NCBI GenBank assembly: GCA_963758525.1
Contig: CAVWVQ010000003.1
Coordinates: 1,376,001 to 1,440,000 of the forward strand
Length of the DNA stretch: 64,000 bases
Direction of reading: 5' to 3'
Source: an uncultured Phycisphaerales bacterium
Lineage (GTDB): Bacteria; Planctomycetota; Phycisphaerae; Tepidisphaerales; Tepidisphaeraceae
Shown here: one piece after another, positions 1 to 14,559 of the stretch
Numbering within the stretch: the stretch's first letter is position 1
How the letters are laid out: each line of letters starts with the position of its first letter
Made by a program: the position numbers and the translations under genes
Notes under the pieces: model-generated
Database searches by the model: none
What the model saw: only the letters and a program-made list of their open reading frames with translations
What the model was told of the DNA's origin: nothing

Positions 1-419
1 GTCCTGCGACGCGAGGACCAGTTTGATCGGGACGCCGACGGGGATGTGCAGCTCGTCGATTTCGCGGACACCTTCGGGATGCTCGATCTTCCACATCCAT
101 TGTTTTCCAATGACGTGAATCTCGATGCCCTGCCCGGCGGGGCGTTTCATTTTGACGTAGAGGTCTGCGCCCAGAAATACATGACGAGCATCAGCAGGAA
201 CGGGACAATGGTCCACGTCACCTCCAGCCCGTAATGCTTGGGCATCTTCGGCGGGATTTCATCGTCGGACCGTCGGCGATAGCGGATGCAGAAGAAGACG
301 ATGCAGGTAAAGATCAGGAACGTGAAGAACGCGGCAACGGCCAGTTCGAAGAGGAACAGGGCATCGACCTGCGGCGCGAAGGTCGAAGCTTGCGGCGGAG
401 CAAAGGGGACACCAGTCAT
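1..419 (-). CDS. coxB: Cytochrome c oxidase subunit II, partial (runs off window), apparent frameshift near 170
   Basis: PPQASTFAPQVDALF and LEVTWTIVP; adding one G at TGGG gives GADLY...IHVIGKQWMWKIEHPEGVREIDELHIPVGVPIKLVLASQD. Confidence 0.9.
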
Positions 420-1478
420 GACCGCACCTCCCGCGAGGGCGCGATCGTTGCTGGGCGCGCTTCCCCCTCTCCCGGTACTGGCAGGGGTGAGGGTGATTTG
501 GAGAGGAGGAAGGCGCTGATATCCCGCAGAGAATTGATTGCAGGTTCGAGACGCTTCGTACGGTCGAAATCACCCTCACCCCAACCCTCTTCCGGAGTAC
601 CGGGAGAGGGGGAAGAGCCCAACGCTCGTGCTCTCACCCCCTGCGCTTCGGGAGGCGAGATTGCCCGCTTGTGATAGTCACGGATCTCGTGGGTGAGCTT
701 GAGGCCAATGTAGCCAAAGAGGAGAGCCGCGAAGCTGATGCAAATGGTCTGTAGGATCCGAATGATGCGATGCCCGCGGATGGAGAGGGTTGGATCGTAA
801 TCGACGCAATATTGCTGATTGGGTTGATCGACCTGCGAGACGCGACCGGCGGCGGCGTCATGAATGGCGGATTCAACGTCTGCGGGAGCCGCGTCGATGC
901 CAAAGAAATTGTGGGAGAATTTCCCATCCGGAGTGAGCACCATTACGCCCGTTGGATGAATGAATTTCCCCTGGCGCTGGTCGAACGTGTAGTGGAAGCC
1001 GACGGCTCGCGCGACGGCGTCGATCGAATCTTGCGCCGATGAGAAAGTGCCAGCCGTCAGCTTGGTGAGGATATTTGTAGGCGCGGAGGCAGGTTTTTTT
1101 GTGGCCCGCGGCAAGAGCGGGCGTATCGCGGCGATCGAAGCTGATGACGACGACCTGGAAATCGCGGGCGGCAACCGGCGCGATTCCATTCAGCTCCTCG
1201 GTCAGATGCAGGAATGCCATGGGGCAGAGATCGGGACAGGTGAAATAACCGAGGACGAGAAGAACCGGGGTTGTTCCGAGGTAGTTTGAGAGGCGCACCG
1301 GGCGGTTCTGATCGTCGATGAAGGCCGCGTCCGGCGGGATGCGCGAGCCAACGCGTTGCTCGAGATAGGACTGGCGCACTTCGTCTTGTGTCGAGAGATT
1401 TGGTGCGCTTTGCAACTGCGCAAAGGAGGTTTCTCCGGATGCTACGAGGCAGAGAAGAAGCAGAGCGAAGGGTCTCAT
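416..1478 (-). CDS. SCO family copper chaperone, apparent frameshift near 1035; C-terminus contains an in-frame REP-like pair
   Basis: Signal peptide and GYFTCPDLC (CxxxC) in ORF 873-1478; continues as AVGFHY...FIHPTGVMVLTPDGK in ORF 416-1189. Confidence 0.85.
460..615. repeat. Inverted pair of CCCTCACCCC-type REP-like units inside the sco CDS
   Basis: 460-499 matches the reverse complement of 567-615 with an internal deletion. Confidence 0.8.
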
Positions 1479-2068
1479 GGCTGACCCCCTTGCCCGCTAT
1501 TTTTCGAGGCGATATTCCCGCCAACGGGGGAGCCATTGTCCCCCTCCCCTGTTACTCCGGGGGAGGGCTGGGGCGGGGGCGGTGCTGCGATGGCCTTGCT
1601 GTCCTGCGCTGCCAAGTCCCCACCCCGACCCTCCCCCGGAGTACCCGGGGAGGGGGGAAGAGCGGAGCTCATGGATCGTTGCGTCGCCAGTTTGTTGACG
1701 ATGTCATCGGGGATTCTGGGCTGGCGCGTGGTTGGGTCGGTGGTCCAGCCAAGCTCATCGAAGATCAGTCCCTTCTCCCGGCGCAAGTCCGCCAGATCCT
1801 GCCAGGGGAGTTCATTATGCTTCTCGATGGGCTGCAAATTTGGTGGCGGGAATCGCTCTGGCGGCGTCGCTGCGGAGGTCACGACGTCGGCGGCGCGCGG
1901 CTGCGCCAGGTAATACTCCGCCAAAATCCAAACGCCGGCGTGAATCACCACCGCGCTGACGAGGAAGATGACCAGGAAAATCATCAGGCCGCGAACGCTC
2001 ACCTCCGAGCGCTCATAGCCCTGCTGGAGCGCCTGGGGGGAAGGAGATTGTTGGTCGGCGTGTGTCAT
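1475..2068 (-). CDS. Single-TM alternative complex III accessory protein (ActG-like)
   Basis: GYERSEVSVRG, one TM helix, P-P-LQ and RIP motifs; lies between actF and sco. Confidence 0.6.
   Translation of the reverse strand: MTHADQQSPSPQALQQGYERSEVSVRGLMIFLVIFLVSAVVIHAGVWILAEYYLAQPRAADVVTSAATPPERFPPPNLQPIEKHNELPWQDLADLRREKGLIFDELGWTTDPTTRQPRIPDDIVNKLATQRSMSSALPPSPGTPGEGRGGDLAAQDSKAIAAPPPPQPSPGVTGEGDNGSPVGGNIASKNSGQGGQP
1539..1660. repeat. Inverted pair of the same REP-like family inside the actG-like CDS
   Basis: 1539-1579 and 1618-1660 are imperfect inverted copies; single copies also at 25671-25714 and 46835-46874. Confidence 0.8.
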
Positions 2069-2077
2069 GTTACCGCG

Positions 2078-3283
2078 TCATCGTTCAGGGTTTGGATTGA
2101 CCTCGGGCGCGGGGCCGACGGGAATCAGATCGCCGGCCGGCATCAGGGGCCGGTCGGAGGCCAGCCAGAGGAAAAATGCCAGCCACAGTCCCCCCATGCC
2201 GATGGGGAAAACAAAGTCCATCCAGCTCAAGATATGCCAGACTTTCGGATAAGGATTGTCGCCGGATGGCCCGATCTGCCAGAACAGATCGATCAGCCGC
2301 AAGACGATCAGTGCCAGGCAGAGGCCGAGCATGACGTGGACTTTTCGCTTGAGCTGGCGCATCAGCAGAATGATGAAGGGAACAAAGAAGTGGAAGACGA
2401 CGAGGATCAGTCCGATCCACCACCATCCGTTGGAGAGGCGCTCCACGTACCAGGGGATTTCGTCCTGCTTGTTGCCCATCCAGATGACCAGGAGTTGAAC
2501 GAACGAGAGGTAGGCCCAGAAGATGACGAAGGTGAGGAGGATGTTTCCCAGGTCGTTGAGGTAATTCGCGCGCGCGTGCTCGCGAAATGGAGGCGTGTTG
2601 ATCATGAGCGTGAAGAAGACGAGCAGCACGCACAAGCCGGAAATGCCCTGCCCGGTGATGACGACAAATCCGAAGACGGTGGAGAACCAGTGCGGATCGC
2701 GCGACATGAGCCAGTCGACACTGGCGAAGCTCATGGTGATGAAATAAACGACCATTCCTCCTGCGCTGACGTTGTGCAGGCGCAAAGCGGTGGAAGGATC
2801 ACCAGTGCGGTCGTGGCGCAGCGATGCGGTGCGCAGATACCAGGCCATCGTCAGCCAGATAATGGCATAGAGAATTGCCCGGCAGACGAAGAAGGTTGCA
2901 TTGAGATAAGGCTGCTCGTGCCGGAGAACCGCATCGTGCGCAAGGGCATCGGGGCGGTCCCAGATGAAGAGGCTGTGCATCCCGAAGAGGATGGGGAGGA
3001 AGAGGACGATCAGCAGCGGCAGCGTCATGGCGGCGTGCTCGCCGAGCCGGCGGACCATGAAGCCCCAATAGCCGCCCATGAGATGGTGCATCATCACCAC
3101 GCCCATGGAGCCCAGGGCGACACCCAGCCAGAAGAGCCAGGCGAGCAGGTATGCCTGGTAGAATTTCTCCGACTGAAAGATCCAGCCGATGGCGGCGAGG
3201 ACGATCCACGCGAGCCCGACCATCACCGACCAGCGCAGCACGCGATCGCGTGGAAAGGGAGGGAAGTTGACGTTCTTGATCAT
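2078..3283 (-). CDS. actF: Alternative complex III membrane subunit ActF
   Basis: About 10 TM helices, DWLMSRDPHWFST and FWAYLSFVQLLVIW motifs, operon position. Confidence 0.85.
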   Translation of the reverse strand: MIKNVNFPPFPRDRVLRWSVMVGLAWIVLAAIGWIFQSEKFYQAYLLAWLFWLGVALGSMGVVMMHHLMGGYWGFMVRRLGEHAAMTLPLLIVLFLPILFGMHSLFIWDRPDALAHDAVLRHEQPYLNATFFVCRAILYAIIWLTMAWYLRTASLRHDRTGDPSTALRLHNVSAGGMVVYFITMSFASVDWLMSRDPHWFSTVFGFVVITGQGISGLCVLLVFFTLMINTPPFREHARANYLNDLGNILLTFVIFWAYLSFVQLLVIWMGNKQDEIPWYVERLSNGWWWIGLILVVFHFFVPFIILLMRQLKRKVHVMLGLCLALIVLRLIDLFWQIGPSGDNPYPKVWHILSWMDFVFPIGMGGLWLAFFLWLASDRPLMPAGDLIPVGPAPEVNPNPER

Positions 3284-3959
3284 GGCCGAATCCCCCGTTC
3301 TTTTTGCAGCCGGCGTTCCAGATCCGGATGTTCATGCACGGCCAGTTGCAGCGCGCGGATGTAGGCGACGATCGCCCAGCGATCGTCGGGAGCAACGCGA
3401 TCGGAGTAGCTGAACATGGTTCCGTATCCGTTGGTGATGACGTTGTAGAAATAGGCGTCCGACTGGTTGACGAGGCGGGGAATGTAGTAGCTGGGCGGGG
3501 AGTAAAACCCGCGGCGGACGATCATGCCGTCGCCATCGCCGGCGGTGCTATGACAGACCGAGCAATAGACGCGGTACTGCAACTCCCCGCGCTCCAGCAA
3601 ACCGCGGGTGATCTTCATGGGGATGTTCTGCGACGAAGCCAGATCGGGGAATTGCGCCGGACCGGCGGAGCGCACCAGCACATAAGGAATGCCGGGCGAT
3701 TGATCGGCCGGCCGAGGCACCACGCCGCTGATCAGGGGCGCTCCGACATGCCATCGGCGAAAATGTCGCTCTCGGTGTATGGCTTGTAATACGGCTGGCG
3801 CTCCATGTTCGCAGTGGGTTTCCAGCTTGGCAGCACGAGGAGAAACGTGACGCCGCCGCCGATGAAAGTCAGCGCGATCGTGAGCAGCAGCAGATACGCC
3901 TGATCGACATTGCGCTGCTGGCCAACCAATTTGCTGGTGTCTGGCACTTGCTCGCTCAC
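3280..3959 (-). CDS. actE: Monoheme cytochrome c ActE, apparent frameshift near 3733
   Basis: MERQPYYKPY...FADGMSERP joins the CSVCH...DRWAIVAYIRALQ frame if one C is added to a C-run. Confidence 0.85.
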
Positions 3960-4508
3960 CAGGGCACCTCCATCACCGCGATCGGCTCAAGCGACAGCAG
4001 AAAGTCCCGCGTTTGTTCCACGTCAAACTGCGCGTCGGTTGCCTCGATGCAGACGAAGAAGCGTGTCTGGCTGGCCAGTTCGAAAGTGGAAGCGCGAAAC
4101 ATTGGGTGATAAGGCGAGGGGAGCCCGTTGAGGATCAACATGCCAAACAGAGCCAGCGTTGCGGCGCCGAGGATGGTCATTTCGAAGGTGATCGGAATGA
4201 ACGCGGGCCAACTGTTGGGAGGTTTGCCGCCGATGTTCCAGGGATAGCTGACGACGTTGGCGTACCAGAGCATGAAGTATCCGCCGAGCCCCCCCACGAT
4301 GCCGCCGACGAACACCATCAGCGGAATGCCCGTGTGGTGATAGCCGAGCGATTCGCACAGGCCTTCGACGGCGTAGGGCGTGTATCCCTCGGTTCGGCGA
4401 TACCCGGCGGCGTGAATTTTCTCGGCGGCGGCGACAATCGCCTCGGGAGAATCAAACGACGCGGCCATGCCATACAGCCGGTGCGCGGGAGAGTGAGGTT
4501 GTTCGGTT

Positions 4509-4519
<11 letters not shown>
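3956..4519 (-). CDS. actD: ActD (DUF3341)
   Basis: YTPYAVEGL and IGGKPPNSWPAFIPITFEMTIL. Confidence 0.9.
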
Positions 4520-9088
<4,569 letters not shown>

Positions 9089-9092
9089 GGGA

Positions 9093-9752
9093 TTACCTGT
9101 GGCACAAAGAGCAGTTCTGGAGCAGTTGTTTGGGAATCAGGTTGTATTGATGAGCCAATTCCGCTCCGACCCGCTCCTGGTCCGGCGGCGGCGTCCATTC
9201 CATGTTGAAAATCTCGCTTCGCGGCCGGATGAATCGCTCGGGTTCACGGTGGCACGTGAGGCACCACTCCATCTGCAGCGACGCCGCCTGGAACGTCAGC
9301 GGCATCTTGTCCACGCGGCCGTGGCACGTGCTGCAGCCGATTCCCTTTGCCACGTGGATGCTGTGATTGAAGTAAACAAAATCAGGGAGGTTGTTGACTC
9401 GCTGCCAGTGGATCGGTGTGTTGGTGCGCCAGCTCTCCCGCACCGGGTCGAGAATCGACGCATTGGTCCAGATCTTCGAATGGCAGGTCATGCAGGTTTT
9501 GGTGGGCGGAATCCCCGCGAAGCTGGAATCCTGCGCCGACGTATGGCAATAGCGGCAATCAATCCCCAGCCCGCGCACGTGATGCTCATGACTGAACGGC
9601 ACCGGCTGATCGCGGAATACGCCGGCGTCGGTGACGTAAGGAGATCGCTCGATTGCGGTGGCAAGCCAGACGGTGCCGCCTGCCGCGAAGATGCCGCCAA
9701 AGATGCTCGCCTTGGCGATGGTATTGAACAGAGGATGAAAAACGCGGGCCAT
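9093..9752 (-). CDS. actA: Pentaheme cytochrome c ActA
   Basis: Five CxxCH motifs (CRYCH, CMTCH, CSTCH, CLTCH, CSLCH), QPVPFSH, LPDFVYFNHS. Confidence 0.95.
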   Translation of the reverse strand: MARVFHPLFNTIAKASIFGGIFAAGGTVWLATAIERSPYVTDAGVFRDQPVPFSHEHHVRGLGIDCRYCHTSAQDSSFAGIPPTKTCMTCHSKIWTNASILDPVRESWRTNTPIHWQRVNNLPDFVYFNHSIHVAKGIGCSTCHGRVDKMPLTFQAASLQMEWCLTCHREPERFIRPRSEIFNMEWTPPPDQERVGAELAHQYNLIPKQLLQNCSLCHR

Positions 9753-10101
9753 CTTTCCCTAATCAGAACAACCAAAGCAGTAACAGTCAGCGCTGCATCT
9801 CAACTGGGCTGAACGTTTTTGCGCCGTGCATAAGCGGGCACTGTAGGGAGACAGTTTCAAAACAGACAACGGGAAAAATGGATGAGTCTCGCGAGTTATC
9901 AAGTGACAAGGTGAATCAGCGATATCTTAAAATCGGCAGGAATCCTCTGCCTCTCCGGAACCGCGCGAGAGGGCAGGAGGGCGAGGGCAGCGCAGGGGTG
10001 AGTGTAGTTGGAACGTAAGCGATTCGTGGGATACGACAGCTGGCTATATCTCCTAAGAAAATACGGAAACGGTGGGCGAATACACCCACGCTGAAGATCG
10101 T

Positions 10102-10198
10102 GTAGGGGCGGGATTCATCCCGCCGCTCTGTTAAGCCGCGGGAGATCGAACACGGCGCGTGGGAGCCATCGAATTCGGCGGGATGAATCCCGCCCTAC
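10102..10198. repeat. GTAG-type REP doublet (REPIN-like)
   Basis: GTAGG(G)GCGGGATTCATCCCGCCG and its inverted copy at 10176-10198. Confidence 0.85.
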
Positions 10199-10250
10199 GG
10201 AAGTGGCGATACGAGTTTTTGGTGTGCGTTAAATTTGGCCGATGCCGCTC

Positions 10251-10831
10251 TCACGATTCTTTGGAGATTCTGCCATTTCGTTCCAAGGCCGCTCGTACGT
10301 GTGACTTGCTGATGACGATGAGCATCGCGATGCCCAGAGCCAATCCGATGATCCAGCCGGCCAGACTTCCCAATGAATCAATGACGCCACGAACTTGCGC
10401 AAATTGCTCGCGCCACGGGGGTAGCAGCCAACGTACATAGAAATATGAACCGCCCCCTCCGACGATGATGCTTCCGATGGCCCACAGGCGCAGCACAGGC
10501 TGCGACCAGGAGTTAAGCCGCAAAGCCCCAATGGCGCCGATGAGGAGCTGCGCCGCAAGACCAGTCCCGAGCAGACTGGCGAAGAATAGCCAGAGCACTG
10601 CGCTGATGTGCTTTCCACCGGTTCATCGAAAAAGGGGACGCGGAAATCGCCGGGGATCGCCCCGTGGTGAAAACGGAGCAGCCCGAAGGGCAGGAGCATC
10701 ACTCCGGCCGTTCCATACACCAGTGCGATTGCCGCCACGGACCGAAACCATCTGACGGCCGCCTCATAGTCAGCCGCGCTCGGGTCGTCCGGCACCACAC
10801 TTCGCTCGCCGCTGAATTCATCTTCCATCAT
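10251..10831 (-). CDS. Hypothetical membrane protein, probably frameshifted near 10620
   Basis: Hydrophobic segments continue from ORF 10229-10909 (MMEDEF...) into ORF 10251-10598. Confidence 0.45.
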
Positions 10832-10908
10832 GGCATCCACCTTCTCAAAAAAATATTGTCCGTTGGCGCGCCGCAACGCCTGTACCACTATAAGCCGCAC
10901 GCGGAGCA

Positions 10909-11376
10909 ATGATGCCTGTCAAAATTTGTGTATTTCTTACCGGGCTCGTTTACCTCTTCTTTGGCATCTGCGGGTTCGTTCCAGCTTTCATCTACCTTCC
11001 CCCGCCGCGGCTGCGGTATTACGACATGCACATGATCGGGCACTGGGGTTTTCTGTTCACCTGGCTTGCGGTCAATCCCGTCCACAACATTCTGTATCTG
11101 ATCATTGGCGGCGGCGCCATCCTCGCATCGCCCCTGCGATTCACCGCCATCGGCTACGCCCGCGGATTGTTCTTTGTAACATTCATGCTGACGTTCACGG
11201 GCTTACTGCCGTTGGGAATCGCGCAGCTGTGGGGCCTTTTGCCGCTCTTCGGCTGGAACGTCATGCTGCACAGCGTCACCGCAATGCTGCTCTACTATTA
11301 CGGCTTCATCTACCCCCTTGATTTGGGAGGAAGGGAACCAATTTCACAGATGCAGACGTTGCAGGTGCGGCCTTGA
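10909..11376 (+). CDS. Four-TM membrane protein (DUF4383-like)
   Basis: GLVYLFFGICGFVP, LAVNPVHNILYL, NVMLH. Confidence 0.65.
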   Translation: MMPVKICVFLTGLVYLFFGICGFVPAFIYLPPPRLRYYDMHMIGHWGFLFTWLAVNPVHNILYLIIGGGAILASPLRFTAIGYARGLFFVTFMLTFTGLLPLGIAQLWGLLPLFGWNVMLHSVTAMLLYYYGFIYPLDLGGREPISQMQTLQVRP

Positions 11377-11432
11377 AGCGCTCGGCGCCTTGTGCGGGCG
11401 GACTGTTGCGCCAGCGCGGCAAGCAGCAGGGC

Positions 11433-11594
11433 GAAGAGCCGCGCAGGCGCGAAGACGCGAAGGAAAACGCGAAGGAAGAGGAGACGCGGGATCTTTCGCG
11501 CCTTTGTTGACACGTTTCTATCTGTCGCTCTCTTACCCGAGCTTTCGTTCTTCTTCGCGTTTTCCTTCGCGCCTTCGCGCCTTCGCGGCTCTTC
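11433..11594. repeat. 42-bp inverted repeat built of CGCGAAG units
   Basis: 11433-11474 vs reverse complement of 11553-11594, 40/42 identical. Confidence 0.85.
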
Positions 11595-11617
11595 CCCTTG
11601 CGTTTTGCCGCAGGGGG

Positions 11618-12440
11618 TTGTTTGCGCTGGGTGTATTTCTGTTGGCGCTCCCCCGCTTGTCGCTGGCACAAGGCGTTCAACTTCCCGCAGGTCCGCTGGC
11701 GGCCAATGGCGAAACAAAGCCGGCGATTCTGAAAGACGTCGGCATCGATCAGAAGCTTGGCGCGCAGTTGCCGCTCGATCAGATCTTCCGGGATGAACAG
11801 GGACACCCGGTGGCTTTACGCGCAGTCATGGGAAAACGGCCGGTCATCCTCACGCTGGTTTACTTCCATTGTCCGATGCTCTGCACGATGGTGCTCAACA
11901 ACCTGGTGCAATCGATGCGGCAGATGAACGAGACACCCGGGCGTGACTTTGACATTCTCACCATTAGCTTCGATCCGCGCGACACGGTGCAAACTGCGCG
12001 AGAAGAAGACGAACTATTTGGCCGCATACGGCCAACCGCAGGCCGCGGGGAACTGGCATTTCCTCACCGGCTCCCCCGGTGCCATCGCCGCGGTCACGTC
12101 AGCGGTCGGCTTCCGGTATGCGTGGGATCCCGACACTCGGCAATTCGCGCACGCCAGCGGCATCATCGTGCTGACACCGCAGGGGAAAGTGTCGCGGTAT
12201 TTCTATGGCGTGGATTATGAGCCGAAAGATCTGCGCCTGGCATTGGTGGAAGCCTCAGGAGGCAAGGTGGGCGGCTTGGTCGATCAGATTCTTCTGATCT
12301 GCTGCCAGTACAACCCCGCGACGGGAAAGTATGGATTGGCGATCAGCCGCGGGTTGAAGGCTCTGGGTTTGATCACCATGGCGGGGCTGGCGTCGACGGT
12401 GCTGTTTTTCGTTCGCAGGCGTCCGCGTTCGGTAGGGTGA
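11618..12440 (+). CDS. Second SCO family protein; start uncertain, apparent frameshift near 11998
   Basis: VGIDQKLGAQLPLD and LVYFHCPMLC, then WHFLTG...FAHASGIIVLTPQGKVSRYFYGVDY in the next frame. Confidence 0.85.
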
Positions 12441-12481
12441 TGCAGGGGCGAACGATCACTCGCCGCTTTCCGGCCGGGAGA

Positions 12482-12531
12482 AACTAAAGGTGACGCGAAC
12501 CTTTATATTAAGGTTCGCGTCACCTTTAGTT
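12482..12531. repeat. Perfect 22-bp hairpin between convergent genes (terminator or REP-like)
   Basis: AACTAAAGGTGACGCGAACCTT-tatatt-AAGGTTCGCGTCACCTTTAGTT. Confidence 0.85.
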
Positions 12532-12692
12532 CTACCCAATGGCCAACAAAGGACCAAGCCCAACGGGAGGGCACGCAGGCACGAAGGGAATGACGCGGCT
12601 GAGGCCGCGAGCTTCTCCGTTTTGCAGGCGTGTGAAACCGCGCCCCGCGACAGTAGATCGCCCTACAACCTCCGTCGCGCCAGCGTCCTACC

Positions 12693-12756
12693 CTTCGTGC
12701 CTTCGTGCCTTCGTTCCTCCGTGCCTCCGTGCCTCCGTGCCTCCGTGCCTCCGTGC
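12693..12756. repeat. Tandem 8-mer array (CTYCGTGC x8)
   Basis: Eight consecutive units; short inverted partner at 12569-12588. Confidence 0.85.
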
Positions 12757-12760
12757 CTCG

Positions 12761-13405
12761 CTATTTTGCATTTGCAGCCGCCCGGGGGGACGACGCGATA
12801 TCTGGTTTGAGCTTTGCGCTGTTGACGCGCTTCGCTGCCCGGCGGCTGATCTCTTCGGCCACGAAGTCCGGCGGTATTTCGTCGAGCATCCGTTGGGCGT
12901 CGTTGATGGACTTTGCCAGCCGTTGCTCTGCTTCGCGTCTGCCGCGGACATTATTGACTTCCCGCTCGTGGACGTCCGGGTCGGTTTCTCCCAAAGCGAT
13001 GGGCGCGAGAACGCCCATGCGGCGAAGCAGTTCCAGACTGATTCGCGTGTCGCCGGCGGATACGGCGGCATCGACATTGGCGACGGCATTGTCGACCATC
13101 GACAGCAGGCGATGCTGGGCGGATGCCTTGGTATCGGTCTCCCACGCGTGGAGCAACGCCGCGAAGCGCGGGTCGGTGCGCCGCCAATTGTAAATAGTCT
13201 GCCGGCTGACGCCGGCGACCTCGGCGGCCTTGCTGAAACCTTCACCCGAAGCCAGCGCCAGGATTGCCGCCTGCTGTCGCGGCGCCAGTTCGGCGGTGTC
13301 TGCCGTCAGCTTCGCCAGGGCGTGCGCCGGCGGTGAGGCGGGGGCGGAGCTGGCTGGGGGCTGGACCGCGGAAGCGAGCGACTTATGGGTGGGAACGTTT
13401 GTCAT
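12761..13405 (-). CDS. Helix-turn-helix domain hypothetical protein
   Basis: QQAAILALASG...KAAEVAGVSRQTIYNWRRTDPRF. Confidence 0.7.
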   Translation of the reverse strand: MTNVPTHKSLASAVQPPASSAPASPPAHALAKLTADTAELAPRQQAAILALASGEGFSKAAEVAGVSRQTIYNWRRTDPRFAALLHAWETDTKASAQHRLLSMVDNAVANVDAAVSAGDTRISLELLRRMGVLAPIALGETDPDVHEREVNNVRGRREAEQRLAKSINDAQRMLDEIPPDFVAEEISRRAAKRVNSAKLKPDIASSPRAAANAK

Positions 13406-13672
13406 GGAAACCTTCCTTTCAGTTAGGATGGCGGGTTTACCAGCAACGGGAGGAGAGAATGAACATTTACTTTGAAGGAAAATTCCATCGCCGAATCGCG
13501 GGGCACATGTCTAGTTTTCTGTCTGAATGCAAGCAAGTTTTTGTGATTTACGCACAGCTCGAAGGCGTAAAATTCCGTAAAGGTGTGTAAAGCGAACGGC
13601 TGATTCCGAGCGACAAATGGGGGTTGACCGCCCGGCGGTCACTCGCGTTGTCCCGGTTTGTAAAATCCGTCG

Positions 13673-13918
13673 ATGGTTCGAGCGATCAAAGAAAGCACCG
13701 TCGTTGGCCCCGGCGGGCGCGTCATCATCGACCACTCCGATCTGCCCGAAGGCAGTTCCGCCGAGGTCATCGTGCTGGTGGACGATCGGAGTCTGGGCGA
13801 TTCGCAGGCCCCGCGCTCGCTCTGTAGCTATGTAGGGGCGATGAAGGGCCAGTTCAAATCCGCCGCCGATGCCGACGCTCACGTTCGTGAACTGCGCGAC
13901 GAATGGGGTCGGCCATGA
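13673..13918 (+). CDS. Small antitoxin-like protein
   Basis: LPEGSSAEVIVLV and C-terminal VRELRDEW resemble PIN-associated antitoxins; stop overlaps an ATG. Confidence 0.55.
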   Translation: MVRAIKESTVVGPGGRVIIDHSDLPEGSSAEVIVLVDDRSLGDSQAPRSLCSYVGAMKGQFKSAADADAHVRELRDEWGRP

Positions 13919-14250
13919 CCGGCGTTGCTTCGGCAGCGGGCCGGCACGCTTACCCAACGGCCAATCAAGGTCCAAATCCCAATACCCAGGGAATGACGGC
14001 GGGGTCGACGGGAGCGCGATCCCCCAGTGCGGCCGGCGAGCTGTTCACAAATCCGGCTCGCCGGGGGCTCTGAGCATGGATTCCGCTCAGGTTATCGATT
14101 GCAATTGGTTCGCCCACCTCTTATTTGCGGAGCATTCAAGCTTCAGGCAAATGCGGCGTTCTCCATTTTTTCCAAGCTTCTGTCCGATCACCGGCCGCGT
14201 TCGCAAAAGGGGTGTAACTTTTATTTGTGGCGATTGCAGATTTTGCGATC

Positions 14251-14318
14251 GTAGGGCGGGATTCATCCCGCCGTTTTCTCAGCCGGCCAACAAATCGGCG
14301 GGATGACTCCCGCCCTAC
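14251..14318. repeat. GTAG-type REP doublet
   Basis: Same unit as 10102; single copy also at 46742-46764. Confidence 0.85.
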
Positions 14319-14559
14319 TCGGAGCCGATCGCCACTTTCGAGCGCCACACCCTCGCAAAAGCGCCCCTGCAAAAAATGCTTGCTCCGCGCCAGCCCCATT
14401 TGTTACGGTGCCATGTTATCGGTCGCGAGTTTCAGTTCCGTGGCAGCGCCAGGTGGATGAGGCGTTCAGTGTTCACCTTTCAGCCAGTTTGTTGTCTCCG
14501 ACGGTGCTCCACCGGGAGCGACCGACGATGTACTTCGCGCAACGTAAGGAGGGCCAGGC

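Noticed and set aside
12693..12756. Possible CRISPR array (also 42151-42247)
   Set aside because: Short tandem units with no unique spacers and no cas genes
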